DNA of 64,000 nucleotides from a virus. Taxonomy: Duplodnaviria > Caudoviricetes. The stretch lies in IMG/VR virus record IMGVR_UViG_2595698668_000001, positions 128,001 to 192,000 of that record; one strand, 5' to 3'. The stretch's first letter is position 1. Each line of letters begins with the position of its first letter. The notes below the pieces were generated by a model. It saw only the letters and a program-made list of their open reading frames with translations. It made no database searches and was not told where the DNA came from. Positions 59,397 through 64,000 of the stretch are shown here, one piece after another. The position numbers were made by a program, and so were the translations under genes.

Positions 59397-59867
59397 ATGG
59401 CCGGAAATAACACATACAAAGGTCAATACTTTGTAAAGAATAGAGAAAAATATAAAGGTGATCCAAAAAAGGTTACCTACCGTAGTTCGTGGGAAAAGTA
59501 TATAATGGAGATGCTGGATAATAATCCAGACGTTAGATATTGGAATAGTGAATGTATGGTTATTCCGTATTTTTCTAATGCAGATGGAAAGAAACGACGT
59601 TATTTTATGGATATGTGGATACAGTGGTCTGACGGTTCTATTTCTCTCTGGGAAGTTAAGCCTAAAAAAGAATGCTTTCCACCAGTACCACCAAAAAGGA
59701 ATACATTAAAAGCAAAAAATGCTTATATTCAAGCTGTGTATACATGGCAAGTCAATAACGACAAATGGAAAACCACCGCAGAATTATGCAAGAAAAAAGG
59801 GTGGAGATTTAATATAATTAATGAGGACTCATTGAAAGCAATGGGTTTCAAAGGACTTACTAAATGA
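59397..59867 (+). CDS. gp4: Head completion nuclease (TnsA-like)
   Basis: YKG....N..KYKGD...I/VTYRSSWE, WNSE..VIPY, RRYF.D, EVKP.KE, VN..KW. Confidence 0.94.
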   Translation: MAGNNTYKGQYFVKNREKYKGDPKKVTYRSSWEKYIMEMLDNNPDVRYWNSECMVIPYFSNADGKKRRYFMDMWIQWSDGSISLWEVKPKKECFPPVPPKRNTLKAKNAYIQAVYTWQVNNDKWKTTAELCKKKGWRFNIINEDSLKAMGFKGLTK

Positions 59868-60862
59868 TATTCGAAATAACGGAACGTGCAGAGTCCACAA
59901 CAGAAAAACGCAATAGAAAACAATGGATTGATGTTGGTGTTGATTATATGAACGCCAAGAAAAAGAACCCAAGTCTTACTGCAAAGAAATATGCAGAGGA
60001 AAAAGGGTTGAATTATGAAACATTCAGTAGAGCTATGCGCAGGCACAGAGAAGAAATAAAGACTTATTATTCTCTGGTGAATCCAAACAAGAATAAACAA
60101 CAATGGATTGAGCTTGGTGTTGATTATTTGACACAAAAAGAAAAGAGTAGCATTACTCTAAAAAATTATATTGAAGGACGGGGACTTAATAAAGAAACCA
60201 CGGAGCGGGCATTCAGAAGATTCAAGCAAGATATTCTATTGGCTAAGAAATTAAAAGACGCACAAATAAGCGGAAGAAAACTATCTAAAGCCGAAAAATA
60301 TCAGATGCTATTGGCTGACTTTAGAAATAAAGTAAGACAACATGAAAAAGAGCCAGTCAAGTCTCAGAAGAAGTCAACGGAATGGTTTAACAATTTCATA
60401 AAGAAAAACGTTCGGGGACACCAAGTAACAAGACCTATTGCTGGTCGATTGTATACTTTCGCATATGATGCAAAACATAAAGCAACCCTACCATACTGGG
60501 ATAAATTCCCCCTGATAGTATATCTTGGTCTTAGTGCAAAACACAAAGGTTTGATGTTGGGTCTCAACCTCCACTATATTCCGGTAAAAGCCCGTAAAGA
60601 ATTTATGGAAGAGTTGCTGAAACATGCAACCACAGAGAGGATTACCAACCGTACATCCCTAAATATCAACTGGGGTAAGGTTAAGGGAATGAGGGGTGCA
60701 GACCATATGATCAAAGCGTATTTGCCGGGTCATATTAAGGGTCCATTAATGGAGATTAAGCCGCAGGATTGGAGTTCTGTTATTAATCTACCGACTCAAC
60801 GGTTTGTATCTGGTGTTCCTCCGAAGACCTATAATACGAATTCCGTTTGGAGATCATACTAA
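59864..60862 (+). CDS. gp2: DNA end protector protein
   Basis: GRLY.F.YDAKHK.TLPYWD.FPLI.YLG, GLNLHYIP.K.R..F..ELL, IKAYL. Confidence 0.95.
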   Translation: MIFEITERAESTTEKRNRKQWIDVGVDYMNAKKKNPSLTAKKYAEEKGLNYETFSRAMRRHREEIKTYYSLVNPNKNKQQWIELGVDYLTQKEKSSITLKNYIEGRGLNKETTERAFRRFKQDILLAKKLKDAQISGRKLSKAEKYQMLLADFRNKVRQHEKEPVKSQKKSTEWFNNFIKKNVRGHQVTRPIAGRLYTFAYDAKHKATLPYWDKFPLIVYLGLSAKHKGLMLGLNLHYIPVKARKEFMEELLKHATTERITNRTSLNINWGKVKGMRGADHMIKAYLPGHIKGPLMEIKPQDWSSVINLPTQRFVSGVPPKTYNTNSVWRSY

Positions 60863-61818
60863 TGAATTTAATACCACCTATTCCAACCATAGATACGTTG
60901 CAAAATGCGTTTGACCGGACACTTGAGTCCGGTCTTAATTCACTAACAAATTTATCAATAGATGCATCAGATGAAATACCAGACCTAACTAGGTTCATGA
61001 GAAAAGTAGAAAATTCGGATTTGGCTAGACCTAACATGTTTATTGTTCGGTTTGGGGATTTCCGAACATCTATATTCAGTGATGGTGTTTTTGACCGAGA
61101 TCTTCCGATATTTCCGGACTCAAATAGTGGGATGGACGTCAACGACAGCCTTTTCTCTGGTACAAGTTATGCTTGGCATAGAGTTCAGGATATTGCATTG
61201 GGACAAGCGCACAAAATCCTCACACCTAGCATGAAGAAGATTTTTGGTGCTTGGGATCCGTCCTTGATCCGAATCATACCGGGTGCAGGAGAGATCCTTG
61301 ACGGATTTTTGGGAACTGATTACGATGTAAACCGTGATCTTGCACTTATGGTAAAGAGTGTCGGTCTTCCTAGTTCTACTTTAGAAACGACAATCAACCG
61401 TACAGACAAACTACCTCGACATGAAGTACGGGGTAGAAACTACGGAACCATGAGTATGACGTTTTACTGTTCCCCTTCTTACGAGGAACGTTCTTTGATG
61501 CTAACATGGCAGAATACAATTGTCAACCCAAGAAATGGACAATTTGGATTTTATAATACGTATGCAAAGGATATTGACGTCATCACATTAGACCGTCATG
61601 GAGTTAAGCAATCCACCGTACATAATACAGGGTGTTTTCCCATAGAGGTAGGTGAAGTCCAACTAGATTTTGAGAACAATTCTCAAGTAGCGACCTTTAC
61701 CGTCACATTCGCTGTATCAACCACAGTGCATGTTCCTACTAAGGGTGAAGAGAACGGTATAGACTCTATAGAGAGTATCATAAGACGTACTACAGGCGTT
61801 GTGAAAGCCATACGTTAA
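60862..61818 (+). CDS. gp54: Baseplate tail tube initiator
   Basis: DLARPNMF.V.F, LMVKSV.LP, W.N.IV.P..G, GC.P..V....L....N.Q..TF.VTFA (tube-like fold). Confidence 0.85.
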   Translation: MNLIPPIPTIDTLQNAFDRTLESGLNSLTNLSIDASDEIPDLTRFMRKVENSDLARPNMFIVRFGDFRTSIFSDGVFDRDLPIFPDSNSGMDVNDSLFSGTSYAWHRVQDIALGQAHKILTPSMKKIFGAWDPSLIRIIPGAGEILDGFLGTDYDVNRDLALMVKSVGLPSSTLETTINRTDKLPRHEVRGRNYGTMSMTFYCSPSYEERSLMLTWQNTIVNPRNGQFGFYNTYAKDIDVITLDRHGVKQSTVHNTGCFPIEVGEVQLDFENNSQVATFTVTFAVSTTVHVPTKGEENGIDSIESIIRRTTGVVKAIR

Positions 61819-61823
61819 TACTA

Positions 61824-61847
61824 AGCCATCCTACGGGGTGGCTTTTT
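61824..61847 (+). terminator. Terminator identical to 19241-19264
   Basis: AGCCATCC-TACG-GGGTGGCTTTTT. Confidence 0.88.
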
Positions 61848-61854
61848 CATATCT

Positions 61855-61974
61855 ATAGATCTCGAACGTAGTGAGACGGCGTAGCCGCCTGTTCGCTTCG
61901 CTCACACTCTTTCTAATTATAGATCTTCTATATAAATACTTATAGAGACTTTATAATTTGATTACAAGTGAAAC
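61855..61974 (-). repeat. 120-bp structured non-coding element, copy 2 (inverted)
   Basis: Near-identical reverse complement of 19636-19753. Confidence 0.95.
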
Positions 61975-62050
61975 CATCTAAGATCAAGTCTTGAAGAACA
62001 TCATGTTACAATGTACTAAATAAGTATAGATCTATAAGGGATTTTTAACT

Positions 62051-62836
62051 ATGACAAACAAAACCACGATTGACAAGAGTGTACTTCTTGCTGCTATGCA
62101 GAAAAACGTACAACAGACCAATGTGACTTTATCAGATGGTAGGAAGATCAAGGTTCGTGCTTTCTTGATGAAAGAAATGAAACTGTTGATGCTGGCTAAC
62201 GAAGCTAATACTGGAATCGATGATGCAATCATTCAAATCGTAAAAAACTGTATCCTAACCGATAATGTTGATGTAGACCTTTTACCTGTGTTCGACTTAG
62301 AGGCTGTTTATCTAGCTTTGTATAAGCTATCAAAAGCCAGTCCTACTGTCCCAGTTATGTTTACTTGTGCTAACGAAATTCTTGATGAAGATGGTAATGT
62401 CCAATATGATCAATATGGTGAAATTGTTCGTTGTGGTTCTGATATCAAAGTAAACGTAAACTTGAATAATGCTAAATTGTCTGATGCACCAGATAACAAA
62501 ATTGTTCTGAATGAGAACATGACCGTTTATATGAGATATCCTAATATCAGCGAGGTTGAATATTTCAACGTAGAAGTTGAGTCTGACTTGTTTAACTTAA
62601 TAAATCGCTGTATTGACGAAGTTCATATGGGAGATCAGGTTGTTAAGGTTGGTGTTGATATTCCGTATGAGGATATTTCGGAAATTATGGAATATGCCGA
62701 TTCAGTTGCTTTGACCAAAATGGGAACATTTGTAACGGCTCTCCCCCAACATACTCTAAATATACCTGTAAAGTGTAAAAAATGTGGACACCAAGAAATT
62801 GTTACACTTAAAGGGGTAGAAAGTTTTTTCGCATAA
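62051..62836 (+). CDS. gp26: Baseplate hub assembly chaperone
   Basis: R.FL.KE.K.L..A, L..FDLE..YL.L, I.L.......MRYP, C..CG.....L.G..SFF; CTAAATA at 62016-62022. Confidence 0.85.
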   Translation: MTNKTTIDKSVLLAAMQKNVQQTNVTLSDGRKIKVRAFLMKEMKLLMLANEANTGIDDAIIQIVKNCILTDNVDVDLLPVFDLEAVYLALYKLSKASPTVPVMFTCANEILDEDGNVQYDQYGEIVRCGSDIKVNVNLNNAKLSDAPDNKIVLNENMTVYMRYPNISEVEYFNVEVESDLFNLINRCIDEVHMGDQVVKVGVDIPYEDISEIMEYADSVALTKMGTFVTALPQHTLNIPVKCKKCGHQEIVTLKGVESFFA

Positions 62837-63000
62837 CGCTTGTTAACCATACCATATACGATCATTTTAATACGGTATATAAGCTTAGAAAAGATGGATG
62901 GAGCCATTCAGACCTTGAGGATATGACCCCCTTTGAATTTGGTGTTTATGTTCACCTCTACCTAAACGATCTTAAAGAACAGGCGAGAGAAAAGGACTAA
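62824..63000 (+). CDS. gp51-like C-terminal segment, probably translated by -1 frameshift from gp26
   Basis: Hand translation FFRITLVNHTIYDHFNTVYKLRKDGWSHSDLEDMTPFEFGVYVHLYLNDLKEQAREKD*; no ATG/GTG/TTG before the conserved part; T TTT TTC at 62824-62830. Confidence 0.75.
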   Translation, partial: FFRITLVNHTIYDHFNTVYKLRKDGWSHSDLEDMTPFEFGVYVHLYLNDLKEQAREKD

Positions 63001-63003
63001 GTG

Positions 63004-64000
63004 ATGATTGACAAGCAGAAACAGAACGAACTTGATAAATCGGTTCGAGATGTCACGGATGCTATGGATATTGTTTCTGATTCGATGCTTAAGTTGGACG
63101 ACAAGACAGAAAAGTTGTCCAACTCAACAAAAGACCTTACCGCGTCTTATGATATTACCTCTGATTCCAGTCTGGAAGTCGCACAAGAACAAGAAAAATT
63201 AGCGAACCAGATAAAAGGTGCAAGAAAGGATAATAAGCGTAGTAATAAGGTTGAAAACGAATTAGTTTCAGCTAGACGAAAGCAACTGGAAGACATTTTA
63301 AATAATAAACAACCCCTAGTGGATTATAGCCAAGGTGTAAAAAGTCAGAACCCGGAACAGGGGGAAACTGCCAAACCTATGCAGGAAGACACTAGGGAGA
63401 CTTTGAAAGAATTTATACAGCGCGAAGTTGGTGATCGCCGCGAATTTGTGGAAAATTTCAAAGAAGAAAATCAAAAAACTGGTAAATTTGTTCGAGAGAT
63501 AGCAAAAAAAGCTAATATAGTTGATCGAATGAAGAAATCAGAAACATCAGCAACAGCGAAAATACTTGGTCATACCATGTCCGCTGGTATCGGTATGGTT
63601 ACTGGAACCATAAACGATTTGTTATCAACTATTCCCGGTTATAATCAGGCCGCTAATGCAACGAAGTTTGTTGGTGGGTCTATTATTGATGCACATAACG
63701 CACGTAAGGAAAAGAAATTAGATGCAAAAGCGAATGCGGCTTATGAAGAGAAGAAGGCTGATGCTACTTCTAGATTCCAACAGATCCCACAAAACAAACC
63801 AGAAGACAAAGTAAAAACAGATAGAAATAACCAAGAGCAAAAGAAAGAAAGACAAGAAAATGGAAGAGAACGAGAGAATAACGAAAAGCGTCATAAAAGC
63901 TTAATCGATGTTCTTAAAGGTATCCAGATGTCCATGTTGATCGGTAAACTGATTGGTGGTGTTGGATTTGTTCTTAGTGGTCTTGTTTCTGGTATCAGTG
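63004..64000 (+). CDS. gp29: Putative tape measure protein (5' part, runs off window end)
   Basis: Frame from ATG 63004 (MIDKQKQNELDKSVRDVTDAMDIVSDSMLKL...) hand-checked open over its first ~100 codons; helical/coiled-coil, with G/A-rich hydrophobic stretches near the window end; follows gp26/gp51-like. Confidence 0.65.
   Translation, partial: MIDKQKQNELDKSVRDVTDAMDIVSDSMLKLDDKTEKLSNSTKDLTASYDITSDSSLEVAQEQEKLANQIKGARKDNKRSNKVENELVSARRKQLEDILNNKQPLVDYSQGVKSQNPEQGETAKPMQEDTRETLKEFIQREVGDRREFVENFKEENQKTGKFVREIAKKANIVDRMKKSETSATAKILGHTMSAGIGMVTGTINDLLSTIPGYNQAANATKFVGGSIIDAHNARKEKKLDAKANAAYEEKKADATSRFQQIPQNKPEDKVKTDRNNQEQKKERQENGRERENNEKRHKSLIDVLKGIQMSMLIGKLIGGVGFVLSGLVSGIS

Noticed and set aside
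63008-63202. 64-aa ORF in the track
   Set aside because: Out-of-frame overlap with the long ORF from 63004 (putative gp29)

Overview
This window is the replication-accessory and virion-morphogenesis core of a large T4-like myovirus (Straboviridae-like). The late promoter consensus (C)CTAAATA and the ~1040-aa fibritin suggest an Aeh1-like, probably Aeromonas-type phage, but the host is an inference. Gene order: gp34 (partial), rnh-dsbA-33-59-32, ligase, dda, uvsY, uvsW (with an inserted GIY-YIG homing endonuclease), an accessory island (HAD phosphatase, rnl2, LprI-like secreted protein, inh, SLOG and RyR proteins), the head-neck-tail-baseplate block gp24 to gp48 on the minus strand, and gp4-gp2-gp54-gp26-gp51-like-gp29 on the plus strand. 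I found no tRNA, rRNA or CRISPR array. Highlights: (1) a lambda gpG/gpGT-style -1 frameshift (T TTT TTC) joining gp26 to a start-less gp51-like ORF just upstream of the tape-measure gene; (2) a ~118-bp non-coding element present twice, inverted and 42 kb apart, built from DNA-specific GNA-triloop hairpins; (3) a doubled-length, multi-foldon fibritin followed by a putative tip adhesin; (4) a SLOG + RyR gene pair, possibly acting on nucleotide immune signals; (5) a PAAR spike tip lacking most metal ligands; (6) gp7 split by a single-base frameshift. All family calls come from recognising motifs by eye and from recalled T4 sequences; no searches were run.
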